Source: Actinomycetota bacterium
GTDB taxonomy: Bacteria > Actinomycetota > Geothermincolia > Geothermincolales > RBG-13-55-18
Length of the DNA: 64,000 nucleotides
Assembly: GCA_014360685.1 (NCBI GenBank)
Contig: JACIXB010000006.1
Span: forward strand, 31,078-95,077
Direction: 5' to 3'
In this document: positions 47,507 to 56,930 of the stretch, piece after piece
Layout of the letters: every line of letters starts with the position of its first letter
How positions within the stretch are numbered: the first letter of the stretch is position 1
Made by a program: the position numbers and the translations under genes
The notes under the pieces: generated by a model
Database searches by the model: none
Seen by the model: the letters and a program-made list of their open reading frames with translations, nothing else
What the model was told of the DNA's origin: nothing

Positions 47507-48481
47507 TCAGGCCCGGGATTCCATCATGGCCTGGGTGTACATGCCCTCCATGCCGGCCATGGCCCGCAGGCGGCGGATACGCTCCTCCACGGGAGGATGG
47601 GTGTCCCAGATGCTGGAGCGCCTGTGAATGCGCTGGCCGCCTTCCTTACGGAAGGGCTGGACAATGAAAAGGTGCGCGGTGGCCTTGCTGGCCCGCGGGA
47701 AGGGTCGGGCCTCCCGGGTGAGCTTCTCCAGGGCGCTGGCCAGTCCCTCCGGGTAGCGGGTGAGCATGGCCCCGTTGGCGTCGGCCAGGAACTCCCGCCG
47801 CCGGGAGATAGCCAGCTGCAGCAGCTGGGCGATGATGGGGGAGATGATGAGGAAGATGAGTCCCAGGACCATGAGGGCCAGGTAGATGACGCCCGCCCCC
47901 TCGCCGGCGCCGCCCTCGCGACGCCTGCCCCCTCCGCCGAAGAGGAACATGCGGAAGAGGATCTCGGAGAAGATGACCACCAGGCCCACCAGGACCACCA
48001 CCATGCTCATGAGGCGGATGTCGTAGTTCTTGATGTGGGACATCTCGTGGGCGATGACCCCCTCCAACTCCAGGCGGTTGCACCTCTCCAGGAGCCCCGT
48101 GGTCACGGCGATGGCCGCGTGCTCCGGGTCCCTGCCGGTGGCGAAGGCGTTCATGGCCGGGGTCTCGATGATATAGGTGCGGGGCATGGGAAGCCCGGCG
48201 GCTATGGCCAAGCCCTCCACCGTGTTTACATAGTATGGATATTCCTCCCGGGTGACCGGCCTGGCCCCCGCCGCGGCCAGGGCCACCTTGTCGCTATGGT
48301 AATAACTGGTAAAAGCCATCACGGTGGCCACCGCGGTGGCGATGATCAGGCCCACTATGGCCCTCTCCGGCCCCCAGATGTAACCCACGAAGAAGCCCAG
48401 CAGGAGAATGAAAGCGATGAAGAGGGAAACCAGGAGGGCCGATTTCCACTTGTTCTTGTTTATCTGGTCGTAGAAAGTCAT
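47507..48481 (-). CDS. htpX: Zinc metalloprotease HtpX (M48)
   Basis: HEMSH zinc motif, four TM segments and an internal Gly/Arg-rich loop. The ATG at 48481 follows a GAGGTGG SD. The maximal ORF starts at 48511. Confidence 0.9.
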   Translation of the reverse strand: MTFYDQINKNKWKSALLVSLFIAFILLLGFFVGYIWGPERAIVGLIIATAVATVMAFTSYYHSDKVALAAAGARPVTREEYPYYVNTVEGLAIAAGLPMPRTYIIETPAMNAFATGRDPEHAAIAVTTGLLERCNRLELEGVIAHEMSHIKNYDIRLMSMVVVLVGLVVIFSEILFRMFLFGGGGRRREGGAGEGAGVIYLALMVLGLIFLIISPIIAQLLQLAISRRREFLADANGAMLTRYPEGLASALEKLTREARPFPRASKATAHLFIVQPFRKEGGQRIHRRSSIWDTHPPVEERIRRLRAMAGMEGMYTQAMMESRA

Positions 48482-48778
48482 CGGGACCACCTCTGCCGAG
48501 AAACCCTTCAAGGCCCATTGCCTTCACAAACCCCTCGCCCGGCGTGCTCGCGACACACCGGCGAGTACACCCGGGTCATGGTCGGCGATTCCGCCCATGG
48601 CGGGGTTACCGTCCTCCCTTTTCAAATCTTGCATAACCACTGGGTCACGCCATCCCGGTCTAGCCGTCACTCCCCGCTTTTCGACGCCTTGCGCGGGAAC
48701 ATCCCCGAGAACGGCCCCGGCTCGCCCAAGCCACCACCGTGCTCCGGCCTGACGTCCCCTCCCGCGCAACAAACCACC

Positions 48779-49342
48779 TCAGAACTGCACCCTGGGCGCT
48801 TCCCGCTCCGCGGCTATCTCTATCTCGAAGTACTCCCGCGGGGTGAAGGTTCCCGAGAACATCCCGGCCACCATGTTGCCGGGGAACTTCTGGCGCGCCG
48901 TGTCGTAGGACATCACGCTGTCGTTGTAGAACTGCCGCGCGAAGGCTATCTTGGACTCCGTGCCCGCCAGCTCCTCCTGGAGCATGAGGAAATTCTGGTT
49001 GGCCTTGAGGTCCGGGTAATTCTCCGCCACGGCGAAGAGGGTCTTCAGCGCCTGGGTGATGGCGTTCTCCGCCTGGGCCTGCTCTCCGACGGTGCGGGCG
49101 TTGATACCCATGGCCCGGGCCTGGGTCACCTTCTCGAAGACCTCCTTCTCGTGGGCCGCGTATCCCTTGACCGTCTCCACCAGGTTGGGGATCAGGTCGT
49201 ACCTCCTCTTCAACTGCACGTCGATCTGGTGCCAGGCGTTGTCCACCTGGTTACGCAGGCGTACCAGCTTGTTGTAGTAATACACAAACCACGCCAGGAT
49301 CAAAAAGACCAGCACCGCGACGACTATCAGGAAAGCCACCAT
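48779..49342 (-). CDS. lemA: LemA family protein
   Basis: 187 aa. N-terminal TM and LemA core ([34 protein letters not shown]). The usual LemA-HtpX pairing is present. Confidence 0.9.
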   Translation of the reverse strand: MVAFLIVVAVLVFLILAWFVYYYNKLVRLRNQVDNAWHQIDVQLKRRYDLIPNLVETVKGYAAHEKEVFEKVTQARAMGINARTVGEQAQAENAITQALKTLFAVAENYPDLKANQNFLMLQEELAGTESKIAFARQFYNDSVMSYDTARQKFPGNMVAGMFSGTFTPREYFEIEIAAEREAPRVQF

Positions 49343-49436
49343 AAGAAACCTCCTTTTCTCTCACGGTGAAGGTATTCCCGGGCCCGGCGCGGTCACGCCC
49401 CCCAAGCCGCCGAGAACCTCCTCCTCATTTTCCGCC

Positions 49437-49442
49437 ATTATA
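49437..49442 (-). promoter_or_regulatory. Candidate -10 box (TATAAT within palindromic ATTATAAT) upstream of lemA-htpX
   Basis: This is the only A/T-rich element in the 260-bp lysE-lemA spacer. No good -35 element was found. Confidence 0.2.
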
Positions 49443-49603
49443 ATACCCCTTGCCGACGGATGACGGCGTCCGCGTACAATCATCTTTTCGGTAGAAACGG
49501 GGATGTCCTTGACGGCCACGGGCGCACGGTCCATCCCCGCGAAGGGACGTCCCCGGATCCCGTAAAGTTCCGGGGTTCACCAGGAAAAGCTCCCATCGAC
49601 CCC

Positions 49604-50248
49604 TCAGAGCAGGTGGGCCAGCCCGTCACCGGCGAAACGGGCTCCCAGGACGACGAGGAAGACGCCGCACCCGAGTATCACGTAGTTGTAAACCCGGTCG
49701 GAGACGAACTTCCTGCCCGTTACCACCAGGAAGGCTACCAGGAAATACCAAAGCACGTCGGCCATTATATGGCCTGTGAAAAAGGAAAGGACGCCCGCCG
49801 CTCCCCGCTCCATGGAGCGAAGCAGCCAGCTGAGACCGAAGGTGGCCCACCAAAGGGACCAGTAGGGATTGGACAGGCTGGCGGTGAGCCCGGCGGTGAA
49901 GGGGCCCAAGCGCGCGCTCCCCCGGTCCCGGAGGTCGAGGTGCAACTTCCCGTCCCGAACCTCCAGGGCCATATCCAGCCCCATCCAGAACAGGAAGGCT
50001 CCCCCCGCCACCCCCACCAGCCCGAAGAAAAGGCTATTCCCGATCACCCTGTCCAGGCCCAACATAAGGAGGATGACCAGGATGCCCTCCAGCACCGCGT
50101 GGCCGGCCACCAACAGGGGACCGGCGATAAAGCCCCGGTGGTAGGACTCGGCTATGGTGACCGTGAGCAGGGGCCCGGGCATCAGGGCCCCGGAGAGGCC
50201 CACTCCCAGGGATATGAAGAAAATGGAAGGCAGTCCCACCGCGCCCAC
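49604..50248 (-). CDS. LysE/RhtB family amino-acid exporter
   Basis: 214 aa, about 6 TM, with an N-terminal GALMPGPLLTVTI motif. Confidence 0.8.
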   Translation of the reverse strand: MGAVGLPSIFFISLGVGLSGALMPGPLLTVTIAESYHRGFIAGPLLVAGHAVLEGILVILLMLGLDRVIGNSLFFGLVGVAGGAFLFWMGLDMALEVRDGKLHLDLRDRGSARLGPFTAGLTASLSNPYWSLWWATFGLSWLLRSMERGAAGVLSFFTGHIMADVLWYFLVAFLVVTGRKFVSDRVYNYVILGCGVFLVVLGARFAGDGLAHLL

Positions 50249-50249
50249 C

Positions 50250-51212
50250 TCACCATCCGTAGTGAGCCCGCATGCGCTCCATCCCCCGGTCGATGCTCTC
50301 CAGTATCGCCGCCTGCAGGTCGGGGGAAACGGCGGCTACGCAGGAGAGCTGACCGGGCCTTCCCGAGAGGAGCAGGGGGTAGCCCTCGAGGGGTTTCCCG
50401 AAGGCGTCGCTTATGGCCAGCCCTGCCTCGCGGGCTATGAGGGCGGCGGCGGCCAGGTCGTAGGAGGAATTGTTGAGGGGGTGGCCGTGGCCCACGCGCA
50501 GGAACATCTCCTCCAGCTGCGGCACCTCGCGGAGCATGCGGTCACCCACATCCACATAGGCGTCCAGCTGTCCCGTCAGCAGGCGGGTGATGCAGAAAGT
50601 GGCGCTTCCCAGGTCGAAAAGACCGCCGTCCACGCTGGAGGTGTCTATGAGCTCCTCCAGGACCAGCACGGTGGGCAGGGCGGGACGGCCCCGGAAACCC
50701 AGGGTCCAGAAAAGGGTGGAGAGGTCGTGGTGAGGATGGATGACTATCTCCTTCCTCTTCCCTTCCAGGTACATGGCGGCGCCGCCGCCGCGTCTTGCTT
50801 CGAACCATGCTTCGTTCTTGATCTCCCTCACCATGCCATAGACCACGTCCCCCAGGGTGGCTGACTCCTTCCCTCCCCTCCGCAGGGGAGCGGCGGCCAC
50901 GGAAATGCAACAGGCCTCCAGTCCCGCCGCCGCCGGACGGGTGCCGTCGATGGGGTCCACCACCAGCACCCACTCCGCCTCCTCCTCCCCCACCAAGCCG
51001 CGGTCCTCGGAAAAGTAGGCTAACCGGGGATGACCTCGCAGCCTCTCCTCCAGCAGGCGCTCCGCGTCCTCGTCTATGGAGAAGGTGGAATCCCCGCTGG
51101 TACCCCTGCCCTCCATGCGACGCGAGGCTTTCATGCCCAGGCGGGGCCGCACCAGGTTGCGGATGTCCTCCGCCAGCTCCCGGCATATCCCTTCTACCTC
51201 TCTAAGCTCCAT
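50250..51212 (-). CDS. Inositol monophosphatase family protein
   Basis: WVLVVDPIDGT metal-binding motif. The ATG at 51212 is preferred. The maximal ORF (51302) would overlap pimA. Confidence 0.8.
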   Translation of the reverse strand: MELREVEGICRELAEDIRNLVRPRLGMKASRRMEGRGTSGDSTFSIDEDAERLLEERLRGHPRLAYFSEDRGLVGEEEAEWVLVVDPIDGTRPAAAGLEACCISVAAAPLRRGGKESATLGDVVYGMVREIKNEAWFEARRGGGAAMYLEGKRKEIVIHPHHDLSTLFWTLGFRGRPALPTVLVLEELIDTSSVDGGLFDLGSATFCITRLLTGQLDAYVDVGDRMLREVPQLEEMFLRVGHGHPLNNSSYDLAAAALIAREAGLAISDAFGKPLEGYPLLLSGRPGQLSCVAAVSPDLQAAILESIDRGMERMRAHYGW

Positions 51213-51298
51213 GGCGCTCAAACCTTCCCTCTCCGGACCCCGAACCCCCGGACCCCAGGCGAAGCGCGAGGATACGCGCCACCCTTCCCGTCTCCGCC

Positions 51299-52543
51299 TC
51301 AACGGCCGCGGGCGGCCCTTATCTCCAATGCTTCGCGGTAAGCCTCCTCCACCTTGATCACCAACTTTTCCCAGGAATACTCCTCGGCCCTCGACCTGCC
51401 CGCCTCCGCCAGGCGCCGCCTCAGGTCCGCGTCCTCCACCAGGCGCAAGACGGCTTCCGCCAGTTTCCCCGCATCCCCGGGCGGTACCAGCATGCCCTGC
51501 ACGCCGTCCTCCACCACCGAGCGGTAACCCGGGATGTCCGAAGCCACTACCGGAACCCCGCAGGCCATGGCCTCCAGGAGTATGATGCCGAAACTCTCCC
51601 GGCCCAGGGAAGGGGCGACCGTAACCCCGGCCGTCCGGTAGGCGGCGGGAAGAAGTCGGTCCGGAAGGCGGCCCAGCCAGGTCACCCCTTCTACCATCCG
51701 GCCTCCCCCCTCCGTTCCCGCCACCAGAAGCCGAACCTCCGGATGCCTTTCCCTTACCATGGGAAGGGCTTCCAGGAGTACCTGCAGTCCCTTGCGGGGT
51801 TCCTCGCGGCCCACGAAGAGCAGGTAAAAGGCCCCGGGGTCCAGGCCGGAAACCCGGCAGAGGAGTTCCTCGCTCCCCATCGTCCCGCCCTTCCCCCCGG
51901 CTCCTTGCGTGCCTTCCGCCTCCCCGAAATCCATCTCCGCCGCGCCGTCCACCGCTTCCGCCCGCTCCCCTTCGTAAAGGGGGCTTCCCTCCAGAAGGTG
52001 GAAAAGATTACCACCCCGGGCATGGAAACGGCGCGTGTCCACCCCGTTGGGGAGCAGGAGGTAATCGCCGGGGAAGTAGCGGGAGACCAGCTCCTCGGCG
52101 GTCCGGCTGACCACGGCGCGTACGTGCAGCCGCTCCACCAGTGGTTTGAGTAACGGCCGGGCCAGGAGGTAGCCCAAGCTTCCTTTCTCCCGGGCGGCGT
52201 GGAACGTGCCCACGTTGGCCGCCTGGGAGTAGTGGAGGGCCAGCATGGAGACGCTGGGTATGAGGGGCTCATGAAGGTGGAGGATATCGAACCTGGAAGC
52301 GGACAGGAATCTCCTCACCCGGGCCGCGGCCCGGGGCCCGAAACAGATGTTGGCCACGGAGCGGTTGGCGGGGACGGGGATGGAGCGGCCGGCGGAATAG
52401 AAGCCCTCCTCGGCCCGGCCGCCAGGGGCCAATACGGTGACCCGGTGGCCCCTCTCCCGAAGGTAGGCGGCCAACTGCCCCACGTGGCGGTTGACCCCGC
52501 CGGGGACGTCCCAGGAATAGGGAGATACCAAGCCGATGTTCAT
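51299..52543 (-). CDS. pimA: GT4 glycosyltransferase, phosphatidylinositol mannosyltransferase PimA-like
   Basis: The N-terminus MNIGLVSPYSWDVPGGVNRHVGQLAAYLRERGHRVTVLAP closely resembles PimA, and an EX7E-type C-terminal GT-B domain is present. It sits in the pgsA-acyltransferase-pimA arrangement and carries an acidic/Gly-rich insertion of about 40 aa. Confidence 0.8.
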   Translation of the reverse strand: MNIGLVSPYSWDVPGGVNRHVGQLAAYLRERGHRVTVLAPGGRAEEGFYSAGRSIPVPANRSVANICFGPRAAARVRRFLSASRFDILHLHEPLIPSVSMLALHYSQAANVGTFHAAREKGSLGYLLARPLLKPLVERLHVRAVVSRTAEELVSRYFPGDYLLLPNGVDTRRFHARGGNLFHLLEGSPLYEGERAEAVDGAAEMDFGEAEGTQGAGGKGGTMGSEELLCRVSGLDPGAFYLLFVGREEPRKGLQVLLEALPMVRERHPEVRLLVAGTEGGGRMVEGVTWLGRLPDRLLPAAYRTAGVTVAPSLGRESFGIILLEAMACGVPVVASDIPGYRSVVEDGVQGMLVPPGDAGKLAEAVLRLVEDADLRRRLAEAGRSRAEEYSWEKLVIKVEEAYREALEIRAARGR

Positions 52544-52687
52544 GGTTTGGCCGCCTTTTTCCTTTCCCTCGCAAGCATCTCCCGGTGCGACTTTTTTCGC
52601 GGTCCGACCGGCCTGATTCCGGGTCCCGGCGGATGAAGTCCACTTCCCACCCCGCCGGATCCCCGCCGCACGATCGCCGCTCCGCCC

Positions 52688-53638
52688 TTAATCGCTTGTT
52701 TCCCGTGCTCCGGGTTCTCCCCGCCCGAAGATGGGCTGGAACATATGCCACTGGGTGGGGTCCCGGCGGATGAAGTCCTCGAAAACCCGGGCCAGCTTCT
52801 GGGTGTTTACCTGCACATCGCGACGGGTGTCCCCGGTGACCTCGATGTCCAGGGGAGGCCCCACGTAACCATGGTACTTGCCGTCCTGGAGGATGATTTG
52901 GCAGGGTATGACCGGCGTGCCCAGCTTCACCGCCAGCAGGGCGGGGCCCACGGGCATGAGGACCTTCTCCCCGAAGAACTCCACCTCCACGCCGGCCCCG
53001 GCTATCACCCGATCCGAGAGGAGGGCCACCATCTCGTTCCGCATCAGCACCTCGATGACCTTCTCCACCGTGTTCTCCCCCAGGGGAATGATGCGGATGC
53101 CCATCCTCCTGCGCAGCTCGGTGTGGAACTCGTACATGGGGCGGGGCTTGAGCCTCTCGGCCACCGCCCAGAAGGGAAACTGGTGCCCCACCCATCCGCC
53201 GATCATGTCCCAGCTGCCGTAATGGGGCAGGGCCAACACCGCTCCCCTGCCCCGTGAGAGGCAGCGGGCGAACCACTCCACCCCGTGGGGCACCACCAGC
53301 TCGTAGAATATCTCCGGAAAGGTGAGGTGGTAACAGCGGAGGAAATCCACCCAGTAGCGGGCGTACTCCCGGAAGCAGCCCCGCGCCAGGCGGCGCCATT
53401 CCTCCGGTCCTCCCTCCGGTCTTACCCGCCGCATGTTCTCGAAGACCACTTCCCGCTTGCCCTTGGACAGCCGGTAGGTGACCTCCCCCACGCCGAGGGC
53501 CACGGCGTGGGAAACCTCCGCCGGGAATGCACCCACCAGGTAGCAAGCACCCCGGAAAAGGATGTATTTAAGGTATCCCGGCGCCTCCTCGCGCAACCTG
53601 TCCGACCAACGTTCCGTCATCTCGCGCCACCGTATCAT
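52688..53638 (-). CDS. Lauroyl/myristoyl (HtrB/LpxL-family) acyltransferase, PIM acyltransferase-like
   Basis: LPHYGSWD (HX4D-type) acyltransferase motif. The ATG at 53638 gives 316 aa. The maximal ORF reaches 53863 through Gly/Arg-rich, probably non-coding sequence. Confidence 0.8.
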   Translation of the reverse strand: MIRWREMTERWSDRLREEAPGYLKYILFRGACYLVGAFPAEVSHAVALGVGEVTYRLSKGKREVVFENMRRVRPEGGPEEWRRLARGCFREYARYWVDFLRCYHLTFPEIFYELVVPHGVEWFARCLSRGRGAVLALPHYGSWDMIGGWVGHQFPFWAVAERLKPRPMYEFHTELRRRMGIRIIPLGENTVEKVIEVLMRNEMVALLSDRVIAGAGVEVEFFGEKVLMPVGPALLAVKLGTPVIPCQIILQDGKYHGYVGPPLDIEVTGDTRRDVQVNTQKLARVFEDFIRRDPTQWHMFQPIFGRGEPGARETSD

Positions 53639-53906
53639 GGACCTTCGCGACCTCCGTCTCCCTTCCTCGAAACCCCGTCCTACCGTGAACCTCGCCCCCA
53701 GAAGACCAACCACGCGAACCGCGTTTCCCGCGGACTTCTCCGGCATCGGCGGGGATACCCTTTCCGCCGCATCGCTCCGTGTCGCTCGGCATCCCCCTCT
53801 GCCGTTCCCCTCCCGCAAGACTCCCCTTCCCGCCACCGGCTCCCCTGCACCGCGCTCCCGCACGCCGCCCGCCCCGCGGAAGCCGGGTCTATCTCGCTCC
53901 TCCGCC

Positions 53907-54557
53907 TTAACCGTCCCCCCGCCCGGGACCCCGGGCGCCCTCGTCCTTCTCTTTGGCCCCCCGGTATACCACCGCCACGCGGTGCGCCAGGGTCTCCAGG
54001 CCCAGGGCCAGGACCAGGTACAGGGAGCCCCGGAAGGTCCACAGGTTACCGGTGAACCCGTAGATGAACAGGGGTATGCCGAAGAGGAGCATGCGTAACG
54101 GGCGGGCCAGGAGCCCTACCCCGCAGGATAAGCCCAGGCCCTCCGCCCTGGCTTTCACGTAGCTTATCAGGGAGGAAAGCACCATGTATCCGGCCACCAT
54201 GAAGGCCACGTCGAAGATGCGCTCCACGGTGAAGTAGTACAGGGCTCCCAGCGAGTAGAGGAAATCGGCCACCCGATCGGCGGTCGAATCGTAGAAAGAC
54301 CCGAAGGTGGTGACCCGACCGGTCAGCTTGGCCACCTGCCCGTCCCAGATATCGAAGAGGCCGGCGAGGAACATCAACCAGGCTCCCAGGAAGAAGCGGC
54401 CCCGTGCGAAGAAATAACCCACCGCCGCCGAGGTGAGCACGGAAAAGGTGGTCAGTAGGTTGGGGCTCAGGACATGTCCCAGCATCCATCCAAGGGGATG
54501 GAAGACGGTGCTGGCAAATCTTCTCAACCCGGCGTCCACGCTCCAGGGCCTTCCCAT
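53907..54557 (-). CDS. pgsA: CDP-alcohol phosphatidyltransferase (phosphatidylinositol phosphate synthase-like)
   Basis: The motif D(x)2DG(x)2AR...G(x)3D(x)3D is present as DIWDGQVAKLTGRVTTFGSFYDSTADRVAD. Polytopic membrane protein. Confidence 0.85.
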   Translation of the reverse strand: MGRPWSVDAGLRRFASTVFHPLGWMLGHVLSPNLLTTFSVLTSAAVGYFFARGRFFLGAWLMFLAGLFDIWDGQVAKLTGRVTTFGSFYDSTADRVADFLYSLGALYYFTVERIFDVAFMVAGYMVLSSLISYVKARAEGLGLSCGVGLLARPLRMLLFGIPLFIYGFTGNLWTFRGSLYLVLALGLETLAHRVAVVYRGAKEKDEGARGPGRGDG

Positions 54558-54808
54558 CTCTCCCTCCTCGCTCCCTACCCATCCGCCCGCCTTTCAAATG
54601 CCTCGGATCGCCATGGGCCGTTACCGGCCATCAATGGCGGCGCTTTCAGGTTCGGGGATGATTTCCCTTCCGGGCTTTGCGCCCCCGTTGATACCCATCC
54701 CGGGAGATCCCCGGCCGGATACCCATCCGCCGGGTACCCGTCCACGCAAAGCGGCGGATCGGACACCGGTCCATTCGAGAACCCGGTTTCCCCGCCGTCC
54801 GCCAACGC

Positions 54809-55150
54809 TCATCGCAGGGGTCCGTAGAAGACGCTGATTATGGTACATCCCTCCTCACCGGCCAGGAAAGGTCCGTGCCTCATCCCCGCCGGGAGGAAGA
54901 CGAAATGCCCCTTGCGGAATACCTCCTCCCCGCCGTCCGGAAGCGGTTGCCGCAGTTCGCCCTCCAGGACGTAGGCCGCCTCGTCGGAGGCGGCGTGGGC
55001 GTGCTGGGGCATCTCGCAGTGGGGTTCGAAGCGGACCAGCAGTATCTGCCCCCCGCCTCGGGGATCCATGTACAATACCTTCATCTGGGCGCGGGGAAAA
55101 TCGGCCGGCACCCATTCCAGTCCGTCCTCGTGTACCACGAACCTTTCCAT
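54809..55150 (-). CDS. Cupin domain protein
   Basis: HAHAASDEAAYVLEGEL cupin metal motif. The ATG at 55150 gives 113 aa. The maximal ORF (55228) would overlap proS. Confidence 0.7.
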   Translation of the reverse strand: MERFVVHEDGLEWVPADFPRAQMKVLYMDPRGGGQILLVRFEPHCEMPQHAHAASDEAAYVLEGELRQPLPDGGEEVFRKGHFVFLPAGMRHGPFLAGEEGCTIISVFYGPLR

Positions 55151-55199
55151 GACCACCTTCGCCCTCCTCTGCCGTGCATCCGGAGCCCTGCATTCGGTC

Positions 55200-56930
55200 C
55201 TACATGTCGCCCCGTTCGGCCAGGTCACGGAAGCTCTCCCGCGCCTCCTCCAGCCTTCGGAAGAGATTCTCCCTGGTCAGCCGCGCCCGCTGTCCGGTGG
55301 CCCTCTCCTGGAGTTCCAGGGTCCCGTCCTCGTCGTACCCCCTTCCGATCACCGCCCGGAAGGGGATGCCCAAAAGGTCGGCGTCGGCGAACTTCACGCC
55401 GGCGCTCTCCTCCCGGTCGTCGAGCAGGACCTCCCATCCCTTCTCCAGGCACTCGCGGTAGAGGTCCTCGGCGGCTTTCCTTCTCCCCTCGCGCTGGTAA
55501 TCCAGGGCCAGGATGTGCAGGAAGGCGGGGGCCACGGAAAGGGGCCATATTATCCCGCGCTCGTCGTGGTGCTGTTCCACCACCGCGGCCATGAGGCGGG
55601 TCACCCCGATCCCGTAACACCCCATGTACATGGGTCGGACCTCCCCGTTCTCATCGTGGTAATAACAGCGCATGGCCTCCGAGTACTTGAGCCCCAGCTG
55701 GAAGACCTGGCCCACCTCTATGCCCGCCTCCACCCGCATGGGCTCTCCGCAGCGGGGGCAGGGATCCCCCGTCCGCGCCGAGGTCAGGTCGGCGAAGCTG
55801 TGGGGCCGGAAATCGCGCCCCTCCTCCACATGGACCAGGTGCACGTCCCTCTCGTTGGCTCCGCAGGCCAGCCCTCCCGCCCCCCGCAGGGATTCGTCGG
55901 CGATGATCTCCGCGGAATCCAGACCCACCGGTCCCACGAAGCCCTGGAGATAATCTGGATGCTCCTTCCAGTCCGACTCGTTGAAGAGGCGGAACTCGTC
56001 GGTGCCCAAGACCCGGGCCAGTTTGACCTCGTTGGCCTCCCTGTCCCCCGGAACCAGCACGGCCACCGGCTTTCCTTCCACCAGGTACATGAGGCATTTC
56101 ACCATGCGCCGCGGCTCCATCCCCAGGTAACCGCTGACCTCCTCGATGGTGCGCATCCCCGGCGTGGAAACTCTTTCCATCGCCTTCCCTTCTCCCCTCG
56201 GAGTCTCGGTCCGCCGGTAGCCGGCCAACTCCAGGTTGGCGGAATAGGAGCAGGAGTCGCAAAGGGCGATGTGGTCCTCTCCCACCTCTGCGGGGACCAT
56301 GAACTCGTGGGATATGTCACCGCCTATGAGACCGGTGGCCGCCTCCACCGCGCGCCAGGTGCATCCGCAGCGGGTGAAGATGCGCCCGTAGGCCTCGTAC
56401 ATGGCCTTGTAGGAAAGGCGCATACCCTCCTCGTCACGGTCGAAGCTGTAGGCGTCCTTCATGAGGAATTCCCTGGCCCGCAGCAGTCCGAACCTCGGCC
56501 TCACCTCGTCCCGGAACTTGGTCCCGATCTGGTACAGGTTGAGGGGCAGGTCCCGGTAGGAGGACACGTTGTTGCGCACCAGGTCGGTGATCACCTCCTC
56601 GTGGGTGGGACCCAGGCCGAAATCTCGGCCGGCGCGGTCCTTGAGGCGCATCATCTCCGGGCCGTACTTGGCCCACCTGCCGCTCTCCTCCCAGAGCTCG
56701 CGGGGCTGCATGATGGGAAGCATGACCTCCTGGGCTCCGGCGGCGTTCATCTCCTCGCGGATGATCCGGCTGATGCGCTGCACCACTCTGGTCCCCAGGG
56801 GGAGGAACTCGTATATCCCCGAGGCCACCTTGCGCAGGTATCCAGCCCGCACCAGCAGCCGGTGGCTGGCTATTTCCGCGTCCGCGGGGCTCTCCCGTAA
56901 GGTGGGGATGAAGGTTCGCGATTGTCTCAT
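55200..56930 (-). CDS. proS: Proline--tRNA ligase
   Basis: MRQSRTFIPTLRESPADAEIASHRLLVRAGY N-terminus, bacterial-type with the INS editing domain. The ATG at 56930 overlaps the ispG stop (ATGA). The maximal ORF reaches 57074. Confidence 0.95.
   Translation of the reverse strand: MRQSRTFIPTLRESPADAEIASHRLLVRAGYLRKVASGIYEFLPLGTRVVQRISRIIREEMNAAGAQEVMLPIMQPRELWEESGRWAKYGPEMMRLKDRAGRDFGLGPTHEEVITDLVRNNVSSYRDLPLNLYQIGTKFRDEVRPRFGLLRAREFLMKDAYSFDRDEEGMRLSYKAMYEAYGRIFTRCGCTWRAVEAATGLIGGDISHEFMVPAEVGEDHIALCDSCSYSANLELAGYRRTETPRGEGKAMERVSTPGMRTIEEVSGYLGMEPRRMVKCLMYLVEGKPVAVLVPGDREANEVKLARVLGTDEFRLFNESDWKEHPDYLQGFVGPVGLDSAEIIADESLRGAGGLACGANERDVHLVHVEEGRDFRPHSFADLTSARTGDPCPRCGEPMRVEAGIEVGQVFQLGLKYSEAMRCYYHDENGEVRPMYMGCYGIGVTRLMAAVVEQHHDERGIIWPLSVAPAFLHILALDYQREGRRKAAEDLYRECLEKGWEVLLDDREESAGVKFADADLLGIPFRAVIGRGYDEDGTLELQERATGQRARLTRENLFRRLEEARESFRDLAERGDM

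Noticed and set aside
52269-53546. A 425-aa minus-strand ORF overlapping pimA and the acyltransferase gene in another frame. Similar alternate-frame ORFs occur at 4441-5541, 25873-27048, 28910-29923 and 58736-59752.
   Set aside because: They are out of frame with strongly supported genes on the same strand and are rich in Gly/Arg/Pro. They are artefacts of GC-rich codon structure.
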